A DNA stretch of 64,000 nt from an uncultured Chloroflexia bacterium (GCA_963829155.1 CAWHIA010000012.1:70831-134830); one strand, 5' to 3'; numbered from the stretch's first letter, positions 19,223-28,715 are shown. Numbers and translations: made by a program. Notes: generated from the letters alone by a model not told the origin.

Positions 19223-20591
19223 ATGACGACGTACCCGCTGGTCCCGAAGACGACCGCCCATCTGCGGCCGGGGCAGTTCTGGTCAATCCCGATGGCCGAT
19301 GGCCGCTTCGGGTGCGGCCGCGTGCTCCGAGTCGACCACGATCGACCGACTGGCGGTCGGACGCGCTTCATCGCCGCGATCCTGGACTGGGTTGGCGACT
19401 CCCCTCCCTCATCGGAGTCGATCGCCGGGAGCCCGGTGCTCAGCGTCGGCAACGCGCATGTCCGGATCATCGCGTTCGGCGGCGGCGCCATCGTGGGCGA
19501 GCGGCCGCTCGCCGCGGACGGGATCGAGCCGCCGGCAACGGTCGACAGCTACTGGGGCGATGGCTTCGGGGTCATGCGAGTGGAGCGACGCTTCATCGCC
19601 GGCGATCCCCAGCCCACGTCCGACTTCCGCGAGGTGTCGTCGCCACTGACCGCGGAGATGCTGCGTCCGGCGCCGACCGGCCGGGGCGTCGTCCAGTTCC
19701 GCACCCGGCTGACCGATGACGACTTCCGGCACCTCGGCGAGTGGTTCCGCGCGTACCCGGAGATGACGCTGCGCGCCTACGGCTCCTACGACCACTCGAT
19801 CACCGACCTCGAGTTCCTGCGGTTCTTCCCCACGCTGCGGCGGTTCGGCGCGGACGCGCTGTGGGACTCGCTGACATCGCTCGACGGCCTGCGCCATCTG
19901 CCCCCGGAGCTCGAAGAGCTGGGAATCGGGGCCACGAAGGCACGGCTCGACCTCGCCGGCCTGTCGCGCTTCCCGGAGCTGCGGTGGCTCTTCCTCGAGG
20001 GTCAGACGAAGCACCTGGAGGCGATCTCGGGTCTGCGCCAGCTGTACGACCTCACGTTGCGCTCGATCACGATGCCCGACCTGTCGCTGCTCTTGCCGTT
20101 GACAGGCCTCCGCTCGCTGGACATCAAGCTCGGAGGCACGCGCGATCTCGGTCTGCTCCCGCGGGTGGGCGAGCTCTGGTACCTCGAGCTCTGGATGATC
20201 CGCGGGCTGACCGACGTCTCGGCTGTCGGCGACATCCGCTCGCTCCGTGCGCTGTTCCTCCAGGCGCTGCGGCAGGTCACGGCGCTTCCGGACCTGAGCC
20301 GGGCGTCGTCGTTGCGACGCGTTCGCCTCGAGGGGATGAAGGGCCTGCGCGACCTGGGACCGCTGGCGACCGCGCCCGCGCTCGAGGCCATCGAGCTGAT
20401 CGACATGCGCCATCTCCAGCCGAACGGACCTCGCCCCGCTGGCCGGCCTCCCGCACCTCAAGGCCGTCACCCCCGGTCTCGGAAGCCGCCGCAGGAACGA
20501 GGCGGCCACGGCCATGCTCGGCCTTCCGCTGGTACGCGAGCCCTTCGACTGGGCCGCCGATGCCGCCCTCCCTCACCCCGCCGGCGACTGA
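19223..20591 (+). pseudogene. leucine-rich-repeat protein with an immunity-protein-like N-terminal module, with a +1 frameshift near 20423
   Basis: The N-terminus reads LRPGQFWSIPMADGRFGCGRVLRV. The LRRs include LRRFGADALWDSLTSLDGLRHLPPELEELGIG, LSRFPELRWLFLEG and LRSLDIKLGG. The C-terminus continues as TDLAPLAGLPHLKAVTPGLGSRRRNEAATAMLGLPLVREPFDW in the +1 frame, to the stop at 20589-20591. Confidence 0.7.
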
Positions 20592-20603
20592 TCTCGCCCG
20601 ACG

Positions 20604-21227
20604 CTAGAGCGCCTTCGGCAGCTCGATGTCCAGCTCGAGGACGTTCGCGACGCCGGGCAGGACGAGCGAGCGGAAGGCGTGGTCGACCAGTTCGGCGGGC
20701 AGGTGCTCGTTCTCCTCGCGCATCCACCAGTCCATGAATCCGATGAACGTCCCGACCAGGAAGCGCACGACGGTCTCGAGCCTGAACGCGTCCAGCTTCC
20801 TCCCGGCCTGGAGGCGGGACAGCTCGGCCCGGGCGAGATCCTCGAGTCGCCGGGTCGTCTCGCGGCGGGCGAGCGCACCGCTCTGGCTGCTCGCGACCGC
20901 CTTGAACAGTCGCTTCCCCGAGCCGAAATGCCGGAACAGCTCCAGCGTCCAGCCGAACGCCGGGTCATCGGGCTTCCAGCGACTCGCGTCCGGCGCCGGC
21001 ATCTCCAGGTCGGCGAGGATCGCCATCAGCAGGTCGTCCTTGTCGAGGAAGTGCGCGTAGAAGGTCGACCGCCCGACGTCGGCCCGATCGATGACGTCCT
21101 GGACGGTCACGGACTCGTAGCCCTGCTCGAGGATCAGGTCGGTCAGCGCCTCTTTCAGCGCCCGCCGCGACCTGGCGACCCGTCGGTCCGGCCTCGCTCC
21201 CCCACCGTCGTCGCGCCCGATCGCCAT
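20604..21227 (-). CDS. TetR/AcrR family transcriptional regulator
   Basis: The HTH region reads RSRRALKEALTDLILEQGYESVTVQDVIDRADVGRSTFYAHFLDKDDLL. The ORF is intact at 207 aa and is divergent from 21372..21938. Confidence 0.88.
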   Translation of the reverse strand: MAIGRDDGGGARPDRRVARSRRALKEALTDLILEQGYESVTVQDVIDRADVGRSTFYAHFLDKDDLLMAILADLEMPAPDASRWKPDDPAFGWTLELFRHFGSGKRLFKAVASSQSGALARRETTRRLEDLARAELSRLQAGRKLDAFRLETVVRFLVGTFIGFMDWWMREENEHLPAELVDHAFRSLVLPGVANVLELDIELPKAL

Positions 21228-21318
21228 CGCACCTCACCACGTTCCCGGACAGTTGCCCGCGGAGCGTCCCGCATCGAACAACCCGGGCCGGCTTGTCGGT
21301 TGACCTGCTCGACGTAAC

Positions 21319-21343
21319 CGGACATGGTGTCCGACAACGGACA
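21319..21343. promoter_or_regulatory. candidate TetR operator
   Basis: CGGACA-tgg-TGTCCG is a perfect 6-bp inverted repeat (21319-21333). A third half-site CGGACA lies at 21338-21343. The element sits in the divergent intergenic region between the TetR gene and the DHFR-like gene. Confidence 0.45.
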
Positions 21344-21371
21344 GGCTAGCAGGAAACGGAGGCGTGCGAAG

Positions 21372-21938
21372 GTGGGCAGGATCATCGTCAGCGACAACCT
21401 CTCCATCGACGGCGTCATGCAGGACCCGGCGGGCGACGAGGGCTTCGACCGCGGCGGCTGGGTCGGTGCGATCAAGGACCGCCCGGAGCTCGGACAGCTC
21501 GCGCTCGACGACGCTCTGGGTAGCGACGCGATGCTGATGGGCCGGCGCACCTACGCGTGGTTCGCCGGTCGATGGCCGTCTCGCACCGGCGCGCTCGCGG
21601 ATCGGCTGAATGGCATGCCCAAGTACGTCGTCTCGTCGACCCTGCGCGACCTCGCATGGAACAACTCGACGCTGCTCACGGGCGACCTCTGCGACGGGGC
21701 CGCCAGCCTCAGGCATCGGGTCAGCCGCGACATCCTCGTCACGGCCAGCTCCCGGATCGCGCTCACCTTGCTGGAGCACGACCTCGTCGACGAGCTGCGG
21801 CTGAAGGTCTTCCCCGTGGTGCTGGGCGCCGGCCAGCGCCTCTTTGGCGAGACGAGCGCACTCAAGGCGATGCGGCTCGTCGACGCCCGGACGATCGACG
21901 GAGACACCGCCTACCTCACCTACGTGCGAAGGGACTGA
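21372..21938 (+). CDS. dihydrofolate-reductase-like (RibD C-terminal domain) family protein
   Basis: The sequence reads VGRIIVSDNLSIDGVMQDP...LMGRRTYAWFAGRWP...MPKYVVSSTL...VDELRLKVFPVVLGAGQRLF. The ORF is open from 21324. I prefer the GTG at 21372 (GGAGG 9 nt upstream), because the palindrome covers 21324. Confidence 0.8.
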   Translation: MGRIIVSDNLSIDGVMQDPAGDEGFDRGGWVGAIKDRPELGQLALDDALGSDAMLMGRRTYAWFAGRWPSRTGALADRLNGMPKYVVSSTLRDLAWNNSTLLTGDLCDGAASLRHRVSRDILVTASSRIALTLLEHDLVDELRLKVFPVVLGAGQRLFGETSALKAMRLVDARTIDGDTAYLTYVRRD

Positions 21939-21942
21939 CGAC

Positions 21943-22692
21943 ATGACCACGACGACGGCACATCGAATCGGGACACGCGACGAGTGGCTCGCGGCGCGCG
22001 AGTCGCTGCTCGCCCGCGAGAAGGAGCACACGCGGCAGGGCGATGCGCTGGCGCGCGAGCGGCGCGCCCTCCCCTGGGTCCGGGTCGAGCAGGACTACCG
22101 CTTCGACACCGAGGACGGCGAGCGAACGCTGGCCGAGCTGTTCGACGGCCGCTCGCAGCTCCTCGTCTACCACTTCATGTTCGGGCCGACCTACGACGCC
22201 GGCGACGCGGTGAACTCATCGATCGCCGACACGATCGACGGGCTCCTCCCCCACCTCCATGCCCGCGACCTGACGTTCGTGCTCGCATCCGCGGCCCCGC
22301 TCGAGAAGCTGGCGGCGTACCGGCGCCGCATGGGCTGGAGCCTCCCGTGGGTGTCGACCGCCCGCACGGCCTTCAACGCCGACCTCGGCTTCTCGCATTC
22401 CGAGGCGGACGGTCGCGACGTCGTCGAGGACATGATCGGGAGCGCGGGGATCCCGCCGATCGTCGAGCACAACGCTCGCCTCGCCGGGACGGACGCCGCA
22501 GGCTACATGACCGAGAGCCCGGGCTTCAGTTCCTTCGTCCTCGAGGACGGCGTGGCGTACCACACGTATTCGACCACGTGGCGCGGCCTGGAGTTCCTCA
22601 TGGGCTACTACCCGATCCTGGACCACGCGCCGAAGGGACGCGACGAGGGCGCGGCCTGGCAGCTCTGGCTCCGCCGCCACGACGAGTACTGA
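21943..22692 (+). CDS. DUF899 (thioredoxin-like) family protein
   Basis: The sequence reads EWLAARESLLAREKEHTRQGDALARERRALPWVRVEQDYRFDTEDGERTLAELFDGRSQLLVYHFMFGP...WSLPWVS...YHTYSTTWRGLE. Confidence 0.8.
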   Translation: MTTTTAHRIGTRDEWLAARESLLAREKEHTRQGDALARERRALPWVRVEQDYRFDTEDGERTLAELFDGRSQLLVYHFMFGPTYDAGDAVNSSIADTIDGLLPHLHARDLTFVLASAAPLEKLAAYRRRMGWSLPWVSTARTAFNADLGFSHSEADGRDVVEDMIGSAGIPPIVEHNARLAGTDAAGYMTESPGFSSFVLEDGVAYHTYSTTWRGLEFLMGYYPILDHAPKGRDEGAAWQLWLRRHDEY

Positions 22693-22723
22693 TCTCGTCG
22701 GGCACCTGCTGGAACACCAAGCG

Positions 22724-23713
22724 GTGCATCATCCGCTCCATGGCACGACGTCAGGTGCTTGCGTCGCGATCGCGACCCTCGTCGCCGGGGCATGCTCGGG
22801 TTCCGCGCCCTCGTCCATGGCGCCCGCCTCGGCCTCCATGCCTTCCCTCACGTCGCCATCGATGGCTCCGTCCGCAGGCGCGATCACACCCGCGGCACTT
22901 GTCGTCGGTGGCGATCGCCCGGTCACCGTGCACGTGCCGGCGTCGTACGACGCCAGCCGACCCGCGCCGCTGCTGCTCGTCCTTCACGGCTTCACGGGAT
23001 CGGGCGACGAGATGGTCGACTATTTCAAGCTGGCGGGTGCGGCGGAGAAGGCCGGGTTCGTCTATGCCACCCCGGACGGCACGAAGGACAGCAACGGAGA
23101 CCGGTTCTGGAACGCAACGGACGCCTGCTGCAACTTCCATGGCTCGAGCGTCGACGACGTGGCGTACCTGTCCAGCGTGATTGCCGATATCCAGGGTGAG
23201 CTCGCCATCGACCCGAAGCGGATCGCGGTCATCGGCCACTCGAACGGCGGGTTCATGTCGTACCGGATGGCCTGCGAACGATCCGACCTGGTGGCTGCCA
23301 TCGTGAGCCTGGCCGGCGCCACCTACGCGGATCCAGCCGACTGCACGCCGCATGAGCCGGTGTCCGTCGCCCAGGTCCACGGTACGGTCGACGAGGTGAT
23401 CCACTTCAATGGCGGCGTCCCGCTCACCGACGGCACTGGGCCATACCCGGGCGCCGAAGCGACGGCCGCGACATGGGCGAACTACGACGGGTGTGGCGCC
23501 GAGGCGTCGACGCTCAGCGCGAAGATCGATGTCGACGCGGATCTGGCGAACGGCGCGGACCCGGCGGAAACATCCGTTCAGGAGTGGTCAGGATGCGAAG
23601 CGGGCGCGACGGTCCAGCTCTGGACGATCCCGAACGGCAGCCACGCACCCGAGCTCACGCCGGCATTCGCGGACGCGGTCGTCCGCTTCCTGGTCGAGCA
23701 TCCCAAGCCGTAG
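22724..23713 (+). CDS. PHB-depolymerase/LpqC-family esterase, probable lipoprotein
   Basis: Motifs include the lipobox-like LVAGAC|SG, LLLVLHGFTGSG, the catalytic GxSxG in VIGHSNGGFMSY, and HGTVDEVI. The N-terminus is uncertain (see the finding on the alternative MARRQVL start at 22740). Confidence 0.8.
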   Translation: MHHPLHGTTSGACVAIATLVAGACSGSAPSSMAPASASMPSLTSPSMAPSAGAITPAALVVGGDRPVTVHVPASYDASRPAPLLLVLHGFTGSGDEMVDYFKLAGAAEKAGFVYATPDGTKDSNGDRFWNATDACCNFHGSSVDDVAYLSSVIADIQGELAIDPKRIAVIGHSNGGFMSYRMACERSDLVAAIVSLAGATYADPADCTPHEPVSVAQVHGTVDEVIHFNGGVPLTDGTGPYPGAEATAATWANYDGCGAEASTLSAKIDVDADLANGADPAETSVQEWSGCEAGATVQLWTIPNGSHAPELTPAFADAVVRFLVEHPKP

Positions 23714-23749
23714 GCAGCGCGCAGAGCTCGAAGCAGCGGCAAGTAGCCT

Positions 23750-25390
23750 ATGACCATGGCGACCACCGTCGCGAGAACGGACGCGGCTCGCTTGTGGCCC
23801 GTCGGTCTCGTGCTCTTGCTGCCGCTCGTGGGGCTGGCCGTGCTCCTGGTCCAGCCCGAGCTCGACATGGCATGGGAGCACCACCCGAGCCACTTCTGGA
23901 TCGTGCTCATCGCCGCGGCGGTCAACGTCGTGCTCGCGTACGTGACGAACATCGCGGCCGGCCGCTACCGCGACGCGCGGCTCACGCTGATCTCGCTCGC
24001 GTTCCTCTCGACCGCCGGGTTCCTGGGCCTGCACGCGCTGGTGACACCCGGGGTCCTGCTGGACAGCCCGAACGTCGGGTTCGCGATCGCGACGCCGGTG
24101 GGGCTGATCATCGCGTCGGTGTTCGCGGCCGCGTCTGCTACGCCGCTCGCAGGTCCGCGGGCCATGGACGTCCTGCGCGTACGGACCCTCCTGCTCGGCG
24201 GCCTCGTCTTGCTCATGGTCGGCTGGGCCGTGTTCTCGATCGCGCGTCTCCCGCCGCTCGACGGCCCTCCCCCACCCCGCGAGGGCGGCGGCATCCTCGA
24301 CATCCTGTCGATCGCCGCGATCGGGCTGTTCGCGTTCGCCGCCGTGCAGCTGGTCCGGTTCTTCCGGTACCGCGGCGAGACGATCCTGCTGGCGACGGCC
24401 GCCGCCATCGTGCTGCTCGCGGAGGCGCTGATCGCGATCCTCGTCAGCCAGAACTGGCACTACAGCTGGTGGGAGTGGCACCTCCTGCTGCTGGCGGCGT
24501 TCCTGACCATCGCGCTCGCCGCGCGCAACGAGTACCAGCGGCGCGGCTCGCTGACCGGCGCGTTCGGCGGCCTGTACCTCGAGGCGACGCTCGCGCGCGT
24601 CGATCGCTGGTACGCCTCCGCGGTGGCGTCGGTCGCGGCGGCGCAGGCCGCCGGTGCCGGAACCGACGACGTCCTCGCCGAGCTGCGACGCGAGGGCGCC
24701 ACCGACCAGGAGCTGACGCTGCTCTCACAGACGGCGCGCGAGGTCAGCCGGCTCGACGCCAGCTTCCGTCCCTACTTGCCGTCCGTCGTCACCGAACGCG
24801 TCCGTCGCCGCGCCACGTCCTCCCCTGTCGCGACGATCGGCGATGAGCGTGTGGTCACCGCGATGTTCGCTGACCTCGCCGGCTACACGACCTTCAGCGA
24901 GCGCCACGAGCCGCGCGAGGTCGTGGAGATGCTGAACGCCAACTGGGCGGCGGTCGTGCCGATCGTCGATCGGGCTGGCGGCACGATCGAGCACTTCGCC
25001 GGGGACGGCGTCCTCACCGTGTTCAACGCCGCGGGCAACCAGCCCGACCACGCCCAGCGGGCCGCGCGCGCCGCGACCGAGATCCTCGCGGCCACCCGGG
25101 ACATCGCCACGAGCCACCCAGGCTGGCCGATCTTCCGGATCGGCATCAACACGGGACCCGTCGTCGTGGGTGTCATCGGGACGGCGGCCCGGCGGAGCTT
25201 CGCCGCGATCGGCGACCCCGTGAACACCGGCGCCCGCTTGCAGGCGGCGGCGGAGCCGGGGCAGGTGGTCGTCGGCCGTTCGACCTGGGAGGCGCTCGAT
25301 GACGCGTCGGCCGGCGTGCCACTCGGGGCGATCCGCGTGAAGGGCAAGCGCGACCCGGTCGAGGCGTGGCGCCTCACCCTGCCGGATTGA
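23750..25390 (+). CDS. integral-membrane class III adenylate/guanylate cyclase (about 8 TM, helical linker, CHD)
   Basis: The cyclase domain reads VTAMFADLAGYTTFSE...FAGDGVLTVFNA...FRIGINTGPVVVGVIG...AIGDPVNTGARLQAAAEPGQVVV...RVKGKRDPVEAW. The ORF is intact at 546 aa. Confidence 0.88.
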   Translation: MTMATTVARTDAARLWPVGLVLLLPLVGLAVLLVQPELDMAWEHHPSHFWIVLIAAAVNVVLAYVTNIAAGRYRDARLTLISLAFLSTAGFLGLHALVTPGVLLDSPNVGFAIATPVGLIIASVFAAASATPLAGPRAMDVLRVRTLLLGGLVLLMVGWAVFSIARLPPLDGPPPPREGGGILDILSIAAIGLFAFAAVQLVRFFRYRGETILLATAAAIVLLAEALIAILVSQNWHYSWWEWHLLLLAAFLTIALAARNEYQRRGSLTGAFGGLYLEATLARVDRWYASAVASVAAAQAAGAGTDDVLAELRREGATDQELTLLSQTAREVSRLDASFRPYLPSVVTERVRRRATSSPVATIGDERVVTAMFADLAGYTTFSERHEPREVVEMLNANWAAVVPIVDRAGGTIEHFAGDGVLTVFNAAGNQPDHAQRAARAATEILAATRDIATSHPGWPIFRIGINTGPVVVGVIGTAARRSFAAIGDPVNTGARLQAAAEPGQVVVGRSTWEALDDASAGVPLGAIRVKGKRDPVEAWRLTLPD

Positions 25391-25431
25391 CCCTCACGAC
25401 ACTCTGGCCAGCCTCGCCTCGTTTGGTGGCC

Positions 25432-25989
25432 TCAGCTTGCGCCGAAGTCCCAGCGAGTCGGTTTCGGCAGGTCGTCGGGACCGAATTGCTCCATCCCGGT
25501 CATGCCGGGAAGACCGAAGACCCTCGACGGGACGATCCGGTAGAAGGTGTAGGGCGGTGGGCCGGCGGTCGGGGCGTTCGGACCCTCGACCCCGTCCCCC
25601 GTGACCTCGAGTGGCCAGCCCTTCTCCCTGAAGATCCCGGCGACACGTCCAACGGCTTCCGGGTCTGCGATCGGCTCGGCGCGTCCCTCGATGACGATGT
25701 CGAGCGACGGGAGCGTCGTGCTGCCGGTCGCGATGACGCATCGATCGTCCGCGGCGATGTTCCGAGCCTTCTGGGTGCCCTCGCCCGCCAGGATGTGCAT
25801 GGCGTCATCGATCCAGAAGGCGATCACCGGCATCAGGTGCGGGCGACCATCGGGCCGCGTCGTCGCGAGCCAACAGGTCCGCGACTGCTCAGGGTTCGCC
25901 AGGCGCGCTCGCGCCAACTCCCAGGACGACGTCCCCGACGCCCCTCCCAGTAGTGACTCGGTGCGGACCGGTGCTCGGTCCTGCGTCAT
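25432..25989 (-). CDS. pyridoxamine 5'-phosphate oxidase family protein
   Basis: The ATG at 25989 is preceded by GAAGGAGG. The sequence reads TCWLATTRPDGRPHLMPVIAFWIDDAMHILAGEGTQKARNIAADDRCVIA. Confidence 0.75.
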   Translation of the reverse strand: MTQDRAPVRTESLLGGASGTSSWELARARLANPEQSRTCWLATTRPDGRPHLMPVIAFWIDDAMHILAGEGTQKARNIAADDRCVIATGSTTLPSLDIVIEGRAEPIADPEAVGRVAGIFREKGWPLEVTGDGVEGPNAPTAGPPPYTFYRIVPSRVFGLPGMTGMEQFGPDDLPKPTRWDFGAS

Positions 25990-26033
25990 CGGTGCCTCCT
26001 TCGAGGGCTGGAGCGGCTGGAGTGTCCCCGGGC

Positions 26034-26639
26034 TCACTCCCCGGCGTTGCCGAACGTGGCCCGCCCGACCGCTCGATAGGTCTGGAGCATCACACCGGAT
26101 GCCGTCGAGCGCGATTCGACCAGCTCCAGCGCGTGGGTCTGGCCTTGTTCCGGGAACAGCCGCCTGCCGTCGCCCACCACGACCGGGTAGACCCGCAGGT
26201 TCAGCTCGTCGACGAGGTCGCGCTCGAGCAGCCACCGGAGCAGGTCGCCGCTGCCGTGGACCTGGAGATCGCGGCCGGGCTTGGCCTTGAGCTCGCGCAC
26301 CGCAGCCTCGAGGTCGCCCTCGATGACCTGGGTGTTCCAGCCCGGATCCTTGAGCGTGGTCGAGGGGACGTACTTGGGCAGGACGTTGAGGCCATGGGAC
26401 ACCGCGTCGCCGCCGTCGTGGTGCGGCCAGTAGCCCTCGAAGATCTGCCACGTCTTGCGACCGAGCAGGAACGCGTCCGCGCGCTCGAACCAGGAGACGA
26501 GGAAGCGCCAGCCCTCGTCATCGCCGTACGGGGCGGTCCACCCCCCGCGATCGAACCCGCCGCCCCGGTCCTCCTCGGGGCCACCGGGACCCTGGTACAC
26601 GCCGTCCAGGGTGAGCATCATCGAGGCGGTCAGCTGCAT
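26034..26639 (-). CDS. dihydrofolate-reductase-like (RibD C-terminal domain) family protein
   Basis: The sequence reads MQLTASMMLTLDGVYQGPGG...LLGRKTWQIFEGYWP...LPKYVPSTTL...VDELNLRVYPVVVGDGRRLF. The ORF is intact at 201 aa. Confidence 0.82.
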   Translation of the reverse strand: MQLTASMMLTLDGVYQGPGGPEEDRGGGFDRGGWTAPYGDDEGWRFLVSWFERADAFLLGRKTWQIFEGYWPHHDGGDAVSHGLNVLPKYVPSTTLKDPGWNTQVIEGDLEAAVRELKAKPGRDLQVHGSGDLLRWLLERDLVDELNLRVYPVVVGDGRRLFPEQGQTHALELVESRSTASGVMLQTYRAVGRATFGNAGE

Positions 26640-26843
26640 GTCATCTCCTGTGGTTTGGAGCGCCCTCGAGGGCGGCCCTCACCCCTGCTACGAACGAGCC
26701 TGCCGCGATCCGACAGGCGCGCCGTCAATTCGCCGCTGTCTGCTGCCCCACCGCGGTGCCGACCGCCTGCCGGCGACCGAGCACCCGGCAGCACGCCCGC
26801 CAGCCCGCTTCGCTCTTTGGTTTCGGCCGCTCTTCGCCCACCA

Positions 26844-27932
26844 TCAACGCACCACCCGGTTGACGAGGTCCAGTAGGCGGATCGGGCTGTTCGTCGAGCC
26901 GACTGCGCCCGCTGCGCGTGCCTGGACGTCCAGCTCGGGCGCTGCGGAGCCGACGTAGAAGATCAGCGGGATCTCGATCTGGTTCTTCTTCATCTCGTTC
27001 AAGAGCGTGTAGCCGGCGCGCCTGTCGGGCGGGCGCGCCATGTCTGAGATCACGAGGCTGTAGCGATCCGGGTTGGACTTGAGCTCATCAATCCCCTCGT
27101 CGGTCGATCTCTTGGTGGTCACCGAGAAGCCGAGCCCATTGAGCGCGGCGATCTCGCCCTGGTTGTGCTCCGGCTGATCATCGACCCACAGCACGTTCCG
27201 GACCGTCTCACTCGCGGCGGCCGCAGGCCCCGCGCTCGGCACGTCCCGGGCCGTCGGAAGCGTGCTGCCCTGCTCGATGGCTCGTTGCGCCGCATCTTTG
27301 GCGTTGGCCTTCCGTGCGGCGTCGATTGCGATGGCGCGCAGCTCCGCGGCTCGTTCCATCTTCCTCTGGGCCGCCTCGTCCGACTCGACGTAAAGCGACA
27401 TGAGATACAGCCTCGTCCAGAGGTAGCCGAGGAAGAACCCGCCGATCCCGAAGAACACCAGTTCCAGCGGCGCGAGCACCGTGCTCCCGGGAAACCCGCC
27501 AAGTGGCGGCCCCATCAGCTCCCCGAAGGCACCGAGCGCCCCGGGGAGGTTCGCCAGCTGGGTGAGCCCGACGCCAACGATGATCTTCGTCAGCCAGTCC
27601 GAAATCTGCTCGAGGCTCGTGTTCCCGGCGTAGTGAACCTGCGCCGCCCGCGCGGCTCGCTCATCGGCGTCGGGATCGGCCGCATCGCCGGTGGTCGCGG
27701 GTGGCCTCGCGGGCTCCTGCAGGGATCGAGGGATGCCGAACACAAATCCGAACAAGCCGCCGGTTGCGAATCCGGCCACCGCGATCATGATGCCCACGCT
27801 CGCGACGGCTGCCAGTGTCACGGGCGAGGTCGTCTGGAGCGAGAACAACAGGACCGCCGCGAGGCCCGCCGCCTGCGCCGCCAGCACGATGCGGCTCATC
27901 CGCCGGTATGACGCGAAGGCTTGGTCGTCCAT
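26844..27932 (-). CDS. multi-TM protein with a C-terminal receiver (REC)-like domain
   Basis: I prefer the second ATG (27932), which has AGGGAGGGAG 4 nt upstream. There are 4-5 TM helices and a Lys/Ala-rich helix (QRKMERAAELRAIAIDAARKANAKDAAQRAIEQ). The REC-like domain reads VLWVDDQPEHN...YSLVISDMARPPDRRAGYTLLNEMKK...IPLIFYVGS. Codon usage is AT-richer. Confidence 0.7.
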   Translation of the reverse strand: MDDQAFASYRRMSRIVLAAQAAGLAAVLLFSLQTTSPVTLAAVASVGIMIAVAGFATGGLFGFVFGIPRSLQEPARPPATTGDAADPDADERAARAAQVHYAGNTSLEQISDWLTKIIVGVGLTQLANLPGALGAFGELMGPPLGGFPGSTVLAPLELVFFGIGGFFLGYLWTRLYLMSLYVESDEAAQRKMERAAELRAIAIDAARKANAKDAAQRAIEQGSTLPTARDVPSAGPAAAASETVRNVLWVDDQPEHNQGEIAALNGLGFSVTTKRSTDEGIDELKSNPDRYSLVISDMARPPDRRAGYTLLNEMKKNQIEIPLIFYVGSAAPELDVQARAAGAVGSTNSPIRLLDLVNRVVR

Positions 27933-28046
27933 GGTCTCCCTCCCTGCCATGTCACTGACCGCGGCGCCGGTTGAGGCTCAACAATGAACGAGCCGTCAAC
28001 CCGGCGCCCAACCGCACGGGCGGTGGCTGGCCGATCTTCCGGACAG

Positions 28047-28715
28047 CTAGGGCGTGTCGTCTCTCGCGGGCGCCGTCGTGCCGCCGTCCGGCCAGACGGC
28101 GATGCAGACGCGGTTGCCGGCCCGGTCCGACAGTGTCCAGTGCTCAGGCGACTCGGCCACGATGCGGCCGCCGGCGTCCAGGGCTGCGGCGAGCCGCTCC
28201 GGCGCCTGCTCCCTGGCGACCGACACGTCCACGTGCATCGCGTGCCGCAGCGGCTTGGCCGCATCGAGCTCCTGCATCCACACCGTCGAGCCATGCCCCA
28301 GCGGGTCGACGCCGTTGTCGGGCGCCATGGCCGCATAGCCAAGCACGGCACGCCAGAACGCGAGGTCGACCTCGTCGGGCTTCGCGGCGATGGCCAGCTG
28401 GACCTCCTGAACGTTCTCTGGCTCGGGCGACGCGTGCGCCGACCGCGCGACCGCCGAGATCGCCCGGGCGAGATCGGCGTGATGCGCCTCGAGCTGCCAC
28501 ATGTCGCGCGTGATCCGCACGGTCAGCCGAGGGCCGGCGATCGTGAGCACCGCGCCCACGTCGGCGACCTCCGGCACCTCCGCGATCGCTTGCGCCAGGC
28601 GGGCGGCGTCGGCCATCGAGCCGACGCGAAAGGCCGCCGTCGCCCCGCCGTGGAGGACGACCCAGTCGTCGACGCCGTCCGCGGCGAGGAACGCCCGCCA
28701 GCCTGTCTCGCTCAC
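28047..28715 (-). CDS. pterin-4a-carbinolamine-dehydratase-like plus glyoxalase/VOC-like two-domain protein
   Basis: The GTG at 28715 overlaps the upstream stop (GTGA). The sequence reads WVVLHGGATAAFRVGSMADAARLAQAIAEV...LTVRITRDMWQLEAHHADLARAIS, then LAIAAKPDEVDLAFWRAVLGY...MHVDVSV...RVCIAVW. Confidence 0.65.
   Translation of the reverse strand: MSETGWRAFLAADGVDDWVVLHGGATAAFRVGSMADAARLAQAIAEVPEVADVGAVLTIAGPRLTVRITRDMWQLEAHHADLARAISAVARSAHASPEPENVQEVQLAIAAKPDEVDLAFWRAVLGYAAMAPDNGVDPLGHGSTVWMQELDAAKPLRHAMHVDVSVAREQAPERLAAALDAGGRIVAESPEHWTLSDRAGNRVCIAVWPDGGTTAPARDDTP

Noticed and set aside
26662-26680. The palindrome GCCCTCGAGGGC followed by GGCCCTC, upstream of the DHFR-like gene 26034..26639.
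   Set aside because: It is a short GC-rich palindrome of a kind that occurs often by chance at this GC content. There is no partner regulator or repeat of the site elsewhere in the window.
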